In this document: one piece after another, positions 36,617-48,929 of the stretch
Layout of the letters: each line of letters opens with the position of its first letter
Position numbering within the stretch: position 1 is the first letter of the stretch
Assembly: GCA_052426225.1 (NCBI GenBank)
Contig: JBNJNM010000010.1
Location: forward strand, 62,001-126,000
Origin: Zancudomyces culisetae HAW-14-8
Taxonomy: Eukaryota; Fungi; Kickxellomycota
Length of the DNA: 64,000 bases
Direction: 5' to 3'
Translations under genes and position numbers: made by a program
Notes under the pieces: model-generated
Seen by the model: only the letters and a program-made list of their open reading frames with translations
Told to the model about the DNA's origin: nothing
The model's database searches: none

Positions 36617-39600
36617 ATGTATACCTCAAGCCTCATCGTTGCACCCAGTAGTGAACGTAAGTGTTTGTATTGTATTAAATGATTCTATCTTTTCTTAGTA
36701 TCTGGCAACATCTGGCATGTTTAAATATACGGGTGAATAAGAGATGTAACTATAATGTCTGTCTGGCCTTGCAAACACCACCAGAACAAGGAGTAATGCA
36801 TGTTGGAACAAAAAAAAACTTGTTTATAAATTAATCACAAGTTAAATGGGAAAATTCCTCCCTAGTTTAACAACTCTCGTTTCTCCTACAAAGAAAAGTT
36901 GATCTTTGTTTTTTTTTTCTTAGCCACACGAAAGAGTAGGCCATCAATAATACTTACTAATGAATTTTAAAAAAACCAATCAATATAGAATGTCAAAGGA
37001 CAAGACCAGGTCCTTACAATTTCTACAATAGCGAAGTCTTAAATAAAGGACATGCTACACTCAATACGCATTTTCTTGAGGAAGGTAGCCCAAGTCTCAG
37101 AAAAATACCGGCTACACGAGTTAGGCAGGCGTGTAGTGAATGTAGATTACGAAAAATACGTTGTGATGGTAACAAACCTGAGTGTAGTGTGTGTATCAGA
37201 AAAAAGATAAGGTGTACTTATATGGAGGCAAAGAAAAGGGGAAGACCTAGAAAAAACCAGGTCAAAGGCAGCGATGGAGCTACGCAAAGAAATTGTTCGG
37301 ATGTTTATGGTAGCATTTTAATATTAGAGGACAAACAAAAATACAAGGAATTTAAATGTGATGGGACTGGGATTGGTATTGGGATTGGTATTGGTATTGG
37401 GGCTAGGACTAGGACTGGAGACAAGACTGAAAATGGAAATGGAGCTGGGGCTGGAGCTGGGGCTGGAGCTGGGAATGGGGATGGGAATGGGGATGGGAAT
37501 GGGAATAGGGATGGAGTAGTGTTTGGCATGTTATCCAATAGTGTATTTGGAACAGATTCGTTTAGTACACCAAACCAACCGGCCATTTTTAGCCCTGGAC
37601 TGACATGCTGCGGCCAAACAGCCACTTCATTTGACAAAAGTGGTAATTACATACTTGATACTGGTATGAATAACAGAAACTTTCTAAATTCTGATGGAGT
37701 TAATCCTGACACATACTATGTTGTGCAAAATTCTGGTAAGGTGATAACCATTAGAACGACATAGTTATATGTTAGCTTTAAATGATTGCTGTGGTTGGAT
37801 ATCGCAAAACTAATGTAATTCAACCCACATAAAAGTCAAAGGAATAGGAAGTATGAACTTTGGACGTGTTGCAGAAGAGATAAATAATAGTGACATTGAT
37901 TATGCTTGGAGTGTTAACGGTAATAATGGTTATAATATTTATGACCGGTATTTGGGGTAAGGACTATTTGAATATTTTTTAGGGTGGATTTGTGTTTATG
38001 TATTTCTACTTTATTACTATTGTAAAAATTGAAATATTTTAGATGATATAAAGGGAAATAGGACCCCAGCGTGCCCAGGTTGCGCACAATAAGAAAGATG
38101 CACATTATATTCAGCCCCAAGTTGGCGCTCAATTTTTTGTCAAAATCCGCGGGGATGGTTTAACTAACATGGATCCAAATACCCAAAAATTGCAAAATAA
38201 TGCCATAAAACCATATAAAAGGGAAAAAAATACCACAACAAAGATAATTATCAAACAAGAATCTGAAAATGGCGAGCAGCTGTGTAAACCAACAATAATG
38301 ACCAACCGCCTCCAAAAAGCACCAATAGTGCTGGAGATGCTGCAGGATGGGCGAGATAAATTTGGTATATACTTCAGATATGTCAATCACATCGTCCCAA
38401 TAGTATTTTATCACAATCTCAAAGGGAACCTAGACTCTAGTAAAAATACTACATTTTTGTCCCACTGCATGGAGTTGTTATGTATAAAACTGTATAAGCT
38501 AGAGGAGCTGTACAGTAATCAGCACGATAAAAGTCTACTGAGTTATCTTTTGAATTGTGAGCAGTATGTGTTAAGAAATGTATATAATTATATCACGAAT
38601 AAGAATGGAAAAGCAAATATTTCGTTCGAATATACTCAGGGGCTGCTCCTCTTGATAGTATATAAGAACATATGTGGATTGCACTCTGAGGCATTAAAAC
38701 TATCAAAACTTTTATTCGAGTAAGTTTATTCCTCCAAGCTGTTGTCGCTGTTAACAATGGATATAATCTTGTATATGACTATGTACTGTTGTAAATAAGG
38801 TTGAATTCATGGTTTTAATGTGAAATCGTATATTATATTTAGGAATTACACAACGCTTATAGAGCAGAAAGAAGAAAGCCCAAAAGTTCAGAAAGGTGAA
38901 ATGCACAACAAAACCGCAACGGCTATGCGATTTACACCACTTATGCTGGTTAGAAATGTCATCTTCACCTCCAAATACTGTGTACCTACCAGCATTGGCC
39001 AGAAAAAAAATTTCTTGATGGAGCTACCAAACTGGAAATCGCTACTAGAGTCAAGTAAGTATGAGTTTCAATACTATGTTCTAGTTTTGCATTTCAAAGG
39101 ATCAGAATAGATAATTGCTAGTACAGGAAAAAAATGTGGTGAAAAACGAAAATCAAGATGAAAATGAAATGATATATACAAATGCTAAAGCTTGACTATC
39201 CCTGTAGGTGATACAACAAAAATGGACGTAGAAAATGCTCTTATTGCGCCATATTTTGAAGTTGAGAATATAATTAAGGATTTAGAAGATCTTTTGGAAG
39301 AAAAAAACGGGATTGGTCCCGTTTTGGCTGAGCAAAAAGAGGAGAACAATACAGGCGAAAGGCTTTACCTGAATATACTTTACTATCTCGAAGTAGTTGA
39401 GATCAGGGTTAAGGAACTCTTAAACAAGCTTAACGGAGATCAAAGAGGAATCAAGGAAATGGTTTACTATTTAAAAAACAATTTGGGTGATGAGAGTGTG
39501 GAAAAAAACCTGGACGGGTTGGAGATTTATATGGGAGAATTTTTGTATCTAACAAGAGAAAGAAATAATGGAAGCGAGCATGACCATCGATACGCGTATA

Positions 39601-40403
39601 GTAGGGGTAGATTTACAATAGGTAAAGATGAATTGACTAGGTTTACTTCCCAGATTGAGAACTATTTTGAAACTTGCGATAAAAAATGGGCCAGATTTGA
39701 AGGTGCCAAACTGAATGTAGGCTCGAAAACAATGTTTATCTACGTATTGGTGCTGCAATTTACTTTTCTCAGGGTTTATTATGTGTACTGTCTTCTCCAG
39801 ATGTTGGATATGTTTGGTTTTATTAAGAGCAAATTAATTGACTTGACGGATACAACTAGAAATATAGCAGTAAACTATACAAATGGAATGATGACAAAAA
39901 TTGTAGGATTAATAAAAAAAAGTATATTCGGACTATCAAACTACTTTGCGTATAGAAAGAGAAATCGACAACATCGGGTTAACAATAACAAACAGAATAC
40001 CAATGCCACCAAATCCGATCATGTATTAGGCAAGGACAGCGATCTTGATGCATGGGCATATATAGCAAAGATTCGTTTTGATGCAGATGACTTGCATCCA
40101 GATCCTGAATTAAGTATGCTCGCGTTACTTCCAGACGACGACATCAGTATAATAAAAAGAAATTTTGTACTCACTAGCCACTTTCCACAAATCACATTGT
40201 ATACTATCTACAGACTAGTTCATTATCTTCAAACCCCTTCGCAACATCAGGAATTGGGGGATGTCAACTCATACGAACTTGGACTAGTGGCCAATACGCT
40301 TATAGATTTTTTGGATATTTTTAACAGCGACCACTACAGTGTAAAAAAGGAATTTTATCAACCTGAACATGTGTCATCTAGAATATGTCTTGAAGAATCT
40401 TGA
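36617..40403 (+). CDS. Zn(II)2Cys6 fungal transcription factor, multi-exon
   Basis: ACSECRLRKIRCDGNKPECSVCIRKKIRCTY then KKRGRP. Exon 1 ATG at 36617; introns include 36657-36988, 38720-38842 and 39055-39207. Middle exons less certain. Confidence 0.85.
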
Positions 40404-41017
40404 AACTCCTTTTTTGTACGGGTACACAATATTATCTTGGTGTTTGGTTAAAGCAGCTATTTTCAGATTCTATGCATGGTATACTGTTATTGGTTTTTAT
40501 ATACTCACAGTATTTTTAATTGCTTGTGTATTCAATGCACCAGCTCGAAGTTTAACTATCCTCTTATTGAGCTGTACATATAGTTAATATTATTGTATTG
40601 GTATTTTTTCACATTTACACATTTACACATTTTCATATTTACACATTTTCATATTTTCGTTTAATCATCATTACATCTTTATGCTATGTTACTTTTTTTC
40701 TACACCATGAGCTTATCAAGAAAGTTATTGCACATTTATATTCACCTTCAATCATAGTTTAGGGAATTGAAAAAGTCTAAACAATATATCAGAGGCCCCG
40801 AATTAACTCTATTTGCATTAAACTTGTAATCAAAATAAAAATCGTGTAAAATAGACATCAAAGGGAGTTAATAGTCAATTAATTCTAAGATCAGCTAGTA
40901 TATGGTCCAATCACTTTTCCTACTTTCTCCATCCGTCTCCCTTCGCTTACTTCTCCATAGATGGATAGCCCTGTAAAAGTGGAGTGAGCGTGTATCTAAT
41001 GCTATGAAGGCCTCTAA

Positions 41018-43535
41018 TTAGAAAAATGATGAAAATCCCAAAAAGTTGCTGCCTGTATTAGCACAACCAGCCAACTCACTCTGTAGTTGAGCTTCTGGCA
41101 TCCACATTTGTATTTTTTCAATTCTATCCCCGCTGTTTGGATGGGTGCTTAGTAATTCGATATTGTGGTACTGACGCTCTATTCGCTCCATTCTCTATTC
41201 GAGGTTCAAATTAGGTTCTCATAAAAGTCCAAACGCAAAAAAAAATAAAGTTTCATTGAAAAATGTTTCCACAACAGTTTACCTTCCAAAAGTCAATGGC
41301 TTCATTTGGATTGTAACATGCCTTTGCTGTTAGACTCAGTCTATGGATATTGCATTCAAAGTTAGGTAAGCTTCGGCTCAGCGGTGCTGTCACTATATAA
41401 TACACACACACACACACACGGATATATATGTGTGTGTGGGTCGATAACAAAATGTATAAATTTGTACACATTTTGACATCAACTGAGCTATATAACACAA
41501 CTTACCCTATCTATTTAAACATGTATATTCATATAAATATATAGAGTTTTTATTTTTACTTTTTACATAGATAGGATATTTAAACAATAATTTTACTATG
41601 AAAATCGGTTATAATCAACCAGGAAAAAAAATATAGGTGAATACTAGTTGAAAATTGCTTACTCTATCTGCCTCCGACTCACAAATTCTGCTATTTGGAA
41701 GCTCCAGAAACAGTTTTGATAACCCACCCAAGGCCATTCCAGTTGCTGGATCAACAAATAAAAACAAAAGTCGCGGTATCTACAAGTTTTTTTTAGTTTT
41801 CTGTGTTAAACATCAGTCGAGATAACATATATTAACTATTGGTAGATTTAGAGTGAAACCAACTTACTATTGCCAAAATCCCAGCGTATGAGAGCTGCTC
41901 CGCGCTATGTCTAAAAAGAGTAGGAAAATATATCAAGAACAATAAATCGACAAGTTTTGTATATTTCAAAGACTCGTGTAGATATATTTCAAGTTACCGA
42001 GCAAGAACATGAGCGACCTATTAATGTACCAATATCTAGTTTATTATCTACGTATAATGAGTATAATCATAATCACAATCACAATATAAGAGTTTTACCT
42101 CATGGCCCAATACTACAGCTAGCCCATCTTGATTTTTTGTTATCGGCAGAATTCCCTAAAATTGACAACTTGCTCTTATCTCTGTTTTAACAAAAAATAA
42201 GTATAAATCCTTCTCAGGGACAAATACTATAATGCTATAAAAGATAAAGTTAAAAGGCAAACACAATTACGTACCGTAAAAACAAAAATTTTTCTGTTGG
42301 GAAGAACAAAGGCATTTGCCTCCTCACTATGGATGACATTAATCTCCCATTCTTCAGGCGTACCACCAGCGGCTAAAAAGTTACATTAACTCCATTACTT
42401 GTATGTTTCAGTATCAATTGCCTCATATGGCAAGAAAGGACCAAGAGGAAACCATTTCAATACAGATAAGGTGCTAAAAAACGAATAATACCTTTTATTA
42501 TTCTATTTGCCACTTTCTCCACGTATTTATGTTCCTAAAGAGTACGTATATTGTTAGATATTATGCTTATACAAAGAACTAGAATATTTGTGTTGTGTAA
42601 TTAACCTACCATTGAATGCCTGGAAAGAAGCAAGCTACCAAACTAACAAATAAAAAGTAAATGATGTTAAGTATATGCATTTTCTGCGTGTTATGTTATC
42701 CAAAGGGAAAAGTACCTGACTGATGACTTGTGAATATGAAACTTCAGCTATCTTTTGCTCCTGCTTCGGTGAAACAATCATAAATCTTTTCCTGCCTTTA
42801 TAAAATACGTAAAAGAACGCTTCAGCAGATACTCATTAAAGATTTTACGAAATACACCCCCCCCCCCCAAATGTGTGTGCACTGAGTAAAAGGGATGAAC
42901 AATATTAATGTTAAAAATTAAAACCAATATCATACAAAAAACACCGGACAATATTAATGGTGTTTATTTTACCTGTAAAATCGACCTCCTCCAAGTTGGA
43001 TCTATAGAATATAAACCCAAACACGCCAAGAGCTCCTAGAGAATATTTGAATTTTGTGGTCTGGTAGAAAGGTTCTCCTAATTTTGGTATGAAATCCAAT
43101 TTAGTAAAAAAGCGCCCCTTATTCATTGTAAGTATACCAAGCTAAAGATAATAGTACCAATTTTGCTCCAGGTAAAGGAAATGGGTTTAGCTTGCCAAAA
43201 AAAATAAAAAATAGAAGAGTTTGTGTGTGACTTACTGACAGAAGCAAAACGCTTATATTTAGGTCTACCGCCGAAATAGAACCTTTTGGTACTCGCAAAA
43301 GGATGCCTTTTAAATCCCGAAGAAAAAATAGCTAAGATAAATAAAAAATGATAACATTTGTATGTGTCCACAAAACAAATTCTATAAATTTACCCACTCC
43401 TACCCCCCCCCCCCCCCCCCCCCCCCTCTATCCCTTTACGCTCACACCTGTTCCCCTCTCCATTTAATAATTTCATTCCCCTTAATTTCAGCCATATTCA
43501 TTATTCTGTACTTTTAGTAACTTACATTTGAACAT
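41018..43535 (-). CDS. OMA1: Mitochondrial M48 metalloprotease OMA1, highly fragmented into small exons
   Basis: WEINVIHSEEANAFVLPNRKIFVFT, GLAVVLGHE|VAHVLAR|HSAE (HExxH), LPNSRICESEADR|IG|LSLTAKACYNP, ELLSTHP..RIEKI. Confidence 0.92.
43403..43426. repeat. C24 homopolymer (G24 on the OMA1 sense strand, intron 1); a second C12 at 42857-42868
   Basis: Read directly. Confidence 0.9.
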
Positions 43536-44161
43536 CGTCTACCGACTTCCTATTAGTGTAGAGCTTACTTTATTGCTTTAATACAATATAGTACTATGCG
43601 TATTGTCGAATAAATAAAGCAGGACTATCAGTTCAACTTTGATTTTGAAGATACAAAATAAGTGAACCCAGAAATCAATTTTTCTAAAAAAAAAATGTAT
43701 ATTTTTGATAGTTAGACCAAGATGTGGAAGCGGATAGTGGTAATTTAAATATATTACTAGACTGCCAAGAAAAAATGGAAAGAAGGATATCACTCTACCA
43801 CCCTAGATGAGAGTGCAAATGCAAACTTATAAAGATGGTATACGTAGGTGTTGCACAACTCATATCCTTGAACTTATTGATACTCTACATCGATTTTTTA
43901 ACCATGATCTGGTTTGAGCCGGATAAGTGCTAGCCTGCAAAAACACCCGATGTCTGGGTGTGTGTTCGATGTACGCTAGTAGATTTAGGTGTTTAATATT
44001 TATAATACAGCGAAGGAAATGACGTAATAAAACAGTACCTGATATACCTTCTATAAAAAAAACTTGCAAAATAAAGGAGGGGAAAAACGGGAGTAAAAGA
44101 AAAAAGAAATGTGTGAATAGACAAAAATAATTTTTCTTTGTATCAGACATTGCTCTCAGTA

Positions 44162-45712
44162 TCAAAGGAGCTTAGCAGCGAGGTTGATTCAGTCGGTGGA
44201 CAAACACTCCCCTTGCAAATAGGACACTAAATTTTATAAAATAAATATAAATACATGTGCTGTTTGTGGGCAGTAATTGCACCAAGAAAAAGAGATAAAA
44301 AAATGAAACCTAACTTACATATTTCTTAAAAGTAGTCAGCCATCGGTCTAATTGTAAATGCACGGGGCATGAGTTAAAGAATCCATCGATGAAATTTTAG
44401 CATATGATGAACGTAAAGACATTCAGTACCACACTGTAGTGTATAAAAAAAATAAAAATAAAATGCTTACCTATACATTGGGTGTGATATTCATGCTTAC
44501 AGGGCAATACCCTTAGCTCACAATTTTCGCCATACTCCTCAAGACAAATTGGACATTTCGTGTCATCTCCTTCACAGATTTTCGCCACTGAAAAGCTTCT
44601 TTTTGGTAGGTTAGATACAATGTCGAAAGGGGCCAAGTCGTTGATCTTCTTCTGACGATCTCGAACCCAGTAGGCAAAAAAGCCCATTAGGAAGAATGCT
44701 ACTGGAACAGCCAGTGCCACTACCATGACCTCAAGAAAGGTCCTAAAATTAGGCGTATCAAAGTTCTTGTTACACATCCCTACAGCAAATCTAGTTATTA
44801 GCCTAATATACAAAGGGGTTTCTACTTACGGTTCAGGAAACTTGCTGTCTATAAGTTTGATAACTAGAGTATCCGATTGATCTTTCTTGGAAGCCATCAG
44901 CTTTAAATATTCGTTTCTTATTATAAATGTTGAGTATATGCTTATGTCTGATGCGTTATCTAAAAGTGGGTATTAATATTACATGTTTATTTTGAGTCGC
45001 ATGATTAATTACAAATATAAACTCTGGTGGTTCAAGCTACCCAAGATAAAGAGAACTATAGGTTCTTTGCCTTACCAGAAGCGTACATTATCACCGACAT
45101 ATTGTGTTCTGTATCTGCCACAATTACTGCTGCCGCACCTTGAGCTTGCAGATTTCGAATTTTTTTAACAAAGGGACACTTTCCCCGTTGAACAAGTGCG
45201 ATACCAACACGGTCTTTATCATCAAAACGTGTAAAAGTCGGTTCACAGCCGTATTTATCCCCTTGGATGTCCTCCCCTACCACGAGCAATTCGCCCTCAA
45301 GCCCACCAGGGCCCAGTTCAGTTCCAAAAGCAGCCCGCTGATCCTATTTAATGGTTAATATTACTCTTGTTTATTTTGAAAAGAAATTGCCATTTTTACT
45401 AATAAAAGTGATTGAGAATTAACCCCGAATAGAGATACGATGTGGGCATGTATAATATTTGCCTTACCAAGATTGTTGTATTAGTTTCCTAAAAATGAAA
45501 AAATCATTAAGAAAAATGTGATTATTTGTTATCAGCAAATTTGATACTGTGGTAAAATAAGAAATAGTTACGAATTCAGATATTAATAGAGCACTTACAG
45601 GTATTATTATCGCGCCATTCACCGAGGAATAGTATGCTGAGAGGGTCGCAGTGAGGATCAGTGTTACTACTTTAAATAGAATTGCCATTGAAAATAAATC
45701 CACGAATTGCAT
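44162..45712 (-). CDS. PA-TM-RING-H2 E3 ubiquitin ligase (RNF13/RNF167/RMR-like)
   Basis: Signal peptide; PA domain (IALVQRGKCPFVKKIRNLQAQGAAAVIVAD); TM helix; RING-H2 CPICLEEY..LPCKHEYHTQCIDRWL..CPICK; C-terminal ESTSLL dileucine-type signal. Confidence 0.9.
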
Positions 45713-47616
45713 TAATAAATTCTCTATAACTTTTTAGCTTTTAAAGTATTAACTTTATACATCAAGGCAGTTATAAATACCAATTACCAAATGTGAATAT
45801 GGTTTATATATTATTATAACAATTATGTACTAGTTGTTCTAAAGCTACTGGCGTTTAAAAACAAAGAAAAAAAAAGAAAAATATAGAAACCACTGAAAAA
45901 ATATCACAGCGCTTCAAAAAGAAATACATATGCGGATTACATAAACTGTGTGCATCCAAGCAAAACCAGTACGGAAAAGTGCGAAAGTTCAGAATGTATC
46001 GCATCTTTGCCATTGTTATTTCCCATTAAAAATATAAAACTAACCAGCAAATAATAGCTGCTGATTTTTCAGCAAATGGATAAGAAATAGTCGATTTGTA
46101 AATTGTTTGCGCTTTTGGCCTATTACTCATCCACCTGTTCACCCAACACTTTACCAAATAAAACGGGTGATATATTTTCAACAGAGGGGTAAAGAGGAGA
46201 GGTGAGAAGCTCGCGCATACACCACATACACATTGAGCGTGAGCAAACCTTTTGATAATTTGCCCATGCTCATGCTCATGTTTTTGCTTCTTTTTGTCTT
46301 GATGTCTTGGCGAGTTAATAGAGCTGTCTTGATATTGCACCTACGCAACTTTAAACTAAAAGAGCCGAAGTATCTCTATGGAAACAATAGAACCAACCCG
46401 TTCAGGGTGTGTCCAGATTTCCTTTGCAAAATTTAGACTGTTCAAGAAAGTCAAAGAAATCTCATGTTCTCAATAGGCATGAAAAATCACACAAGGTACA
46501 CTGTATCAGTGTTAAAAGTACCAACAGTGTTTTTTGCCTTTCAAAGGCTAGAATTTGACGATAACTTTTATATTTAAACTTCTAACGTATCAACAACTTC
46601 CAACAGATCTCCGACTACTGTTCAATAATACAGCTGGGCTTTACCGACCCTTCACATATGTGTACTAATACCCAATTGTACTTTTATTTTTGTTTTTTAA
46701 AAAAAATACACATCAATATCTAACTTTCTTGATGCTGATACATCCCACCTTGGATAAAAAAGTCAAATATAAAAAAATCAGCGATTGAATGGATTGATCA
46801 GTGTTATATTTGATCTGCTAGGTTCTGGATAGGCTACTTGCATCCACAACTGATTTTTAATTTGACTACTTTTTTTTTAGAAAAATAGGAAAGTGGAGGA
46901 CTATTTGCGAGGAGTATTCTGTTAATGATACGGGTATTATATTGGTCAATCAATCCTATATGACTAAAAAAAGATCACGCTGTGAGCTTCAAAGACATGG
47001 TAAAAAAAAATGAAAGGATCTCTTGGCAGTGCGCAATTATATGCTGAGCTTGTTTCCATAATTCTACAGATTATGGTTGCCACAATTATTATGTGTTTTT
47101 GGCCGTTTTATTATTCCGTTATTTACGGAAAGTACAATGACCTTGCTGGTATACCTAGTAATATGTAAAAATATTTTTAGAAAAAGAAAATATGTACTAA
47201 AGCATGCAACATAGCCAGACTATTCTGTGTCCCCCAAAGTTCTGAATTTTTACCACAAGAAAAAAAGTTCGTGCTACGATTTTTCGTGAGTGGTATCACG
47301 AGTCGCCATTGATTATGCTACTATTACCGTTACCGTTACTGTTACTGTTACCATTCAAGGTTGTTTTTTTTTTGGATTTGATCCTTAGATTTTTTTTTCC
47401 TCAAAATTTTTTTTAGAATTATAAACCACAGTATATAAGACCTGAATTTTTTAATCACGTTCAAAAGCTATACTAAGAATATCAGAGATGGAGAAAGGTA
47501 TGGGGGTTGACATACAAACTTCAAACGGATACAAGTCGTAAATATAAATACTAAAGGCGGAATCTTTTCAGGATCTTTGCATTGCAATAAAAGAAAAATT
47601 AAAAAAAAAATACAGT

Positions 47617-48231
47617 ATGATCACGGGACCAAAGATCGAGATCTTTAAGCTAAAAAATCTACCCTTGAACGAGCAATTTTGCTTCAGTTCCGAAAAAACG
47701 GCAAGAGGAGAGGGGCAGGGGGGCGAGGAGAATATGCCAGGCGAAATAGAGGTGAAGATGGAATATTCCATTCACAAATGTCCAAACCTATTAAAGCAGG
47801 AGTTATTGATGGTTTTTCCGGGGATCAAAAATAAAATGGAAAAGGTACTTATTATTCCAACATTTCAACAAACACGGTCGAGTATGATGGTCTTTGATCG
47901 AGAGAGTGACATTGAAAAAGACGAAAAGTTGGGTAACTTTTACTCTTGGGGAAAGATATTCGTCGAAAGCATAAATAAGTTTGGATACTGGGCAGATATT
48001 GTTTGTCCAGCCTCAGGAATACCTGTGTACAATAAAGATTCGACAAACACGATCTATTCAGAGGTGAACAGCTGCCAACGACTACTAAAGTACCAGACCA
48101 TTAACATTGGTCAATGTAACATGGTTTCGCATCCCAAGTGGAGTACGTCTGTTTATCCGGCGACAGCTTTTACCACAGCACCCATTGAGATAGTGGAAAG
48201 AGTGTTAGAATATATGAAAAAGCGTGTATAG
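47617..48231 (+). CDS. MMADHC: Cobalamin trafficking protein CblD (MMADHC family), short form
   Basis: EYSIHKCP..ELLMVFP..TFQQT..EKDEKLGNF..GYWADIVCPASG..IGQCNMVSHPKWSTSVYPATAFTTAP matches the MMADHC C-terminal domain. Confidence 0.9.
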   Translation: MITGPKIEIFKLKNLPLNEQFCFSSEKTARGEGQGGEENMPGEIEVKMEYSIHKCPNLLKQELLMVFPGIKNKMEKVLIIPTFQQTRSSMMVFDRESDIEKDEKLGNFYSWGKIFVESINKFGYWADIVCPASGIPVYNKDSTNTIYSEVNSCQRLLKYQTINIGQCNMVSHPKWSTSVYPATAFTTAPIEIVERVLEYMKKRV

Positions 48232-48929
48232 TTTTTACTTGTGAGTTTTGTCTTTTTTCATTAAAAATTATTGTAAATATAACTTGTTTTTGTACAAATG
48301 CATATCTGGGGGAAAAAAGTAAAAAAGTAAAGCAGGAGGCGGGAGGCGGGAGGTGTTAGGATGAGAATAGGTTAATAATTAATGATAAACCCCTCTCTCT
48401 ACAGACAGTAAGTAACTAATCAGCACTAAAGCTTGTACCGCTGTGATGGTAACGAGTTATGTATCTTTTAGCATTTATGGTGTCAACGAGAAGGCTCCCA
48501 GTCGTTGAAGAAGGGCAATGGTTTTAGTATAATCAAAAAAAATTGTATAAAACTATTATCCACCTCAAAGAGTAAAAATATACCCATCTTTGTTTGTGGA
48601 AGGTGAAAAAGGGAAGGGGGAAGAATTCGGAATTACAATTTCAGGTGCGTATAATAGCAATTTGATTTTTTTTTGAAAATAGTTAATCAAAAACTTAGCA
48701 ACAAATTTAGAAATAATTGCTTTAAATAAACAAATTTAAATACAAAAGCTTAATCCAAGTAGAATAAGCTTAAACGAGTAAAGATAGAGATATTTCATTC
48801 AAAAAACAAGGGAAATGAGTAAGAGGAAATAAAAAAGGAAGACAAGAGTGGAAAAATGCTTTAATCTAGAAAAAAAAAAGTAGAATTGAGAAATTACACG
48901 ATTAAAATATACTAGCGGAGCAAAAGAAA

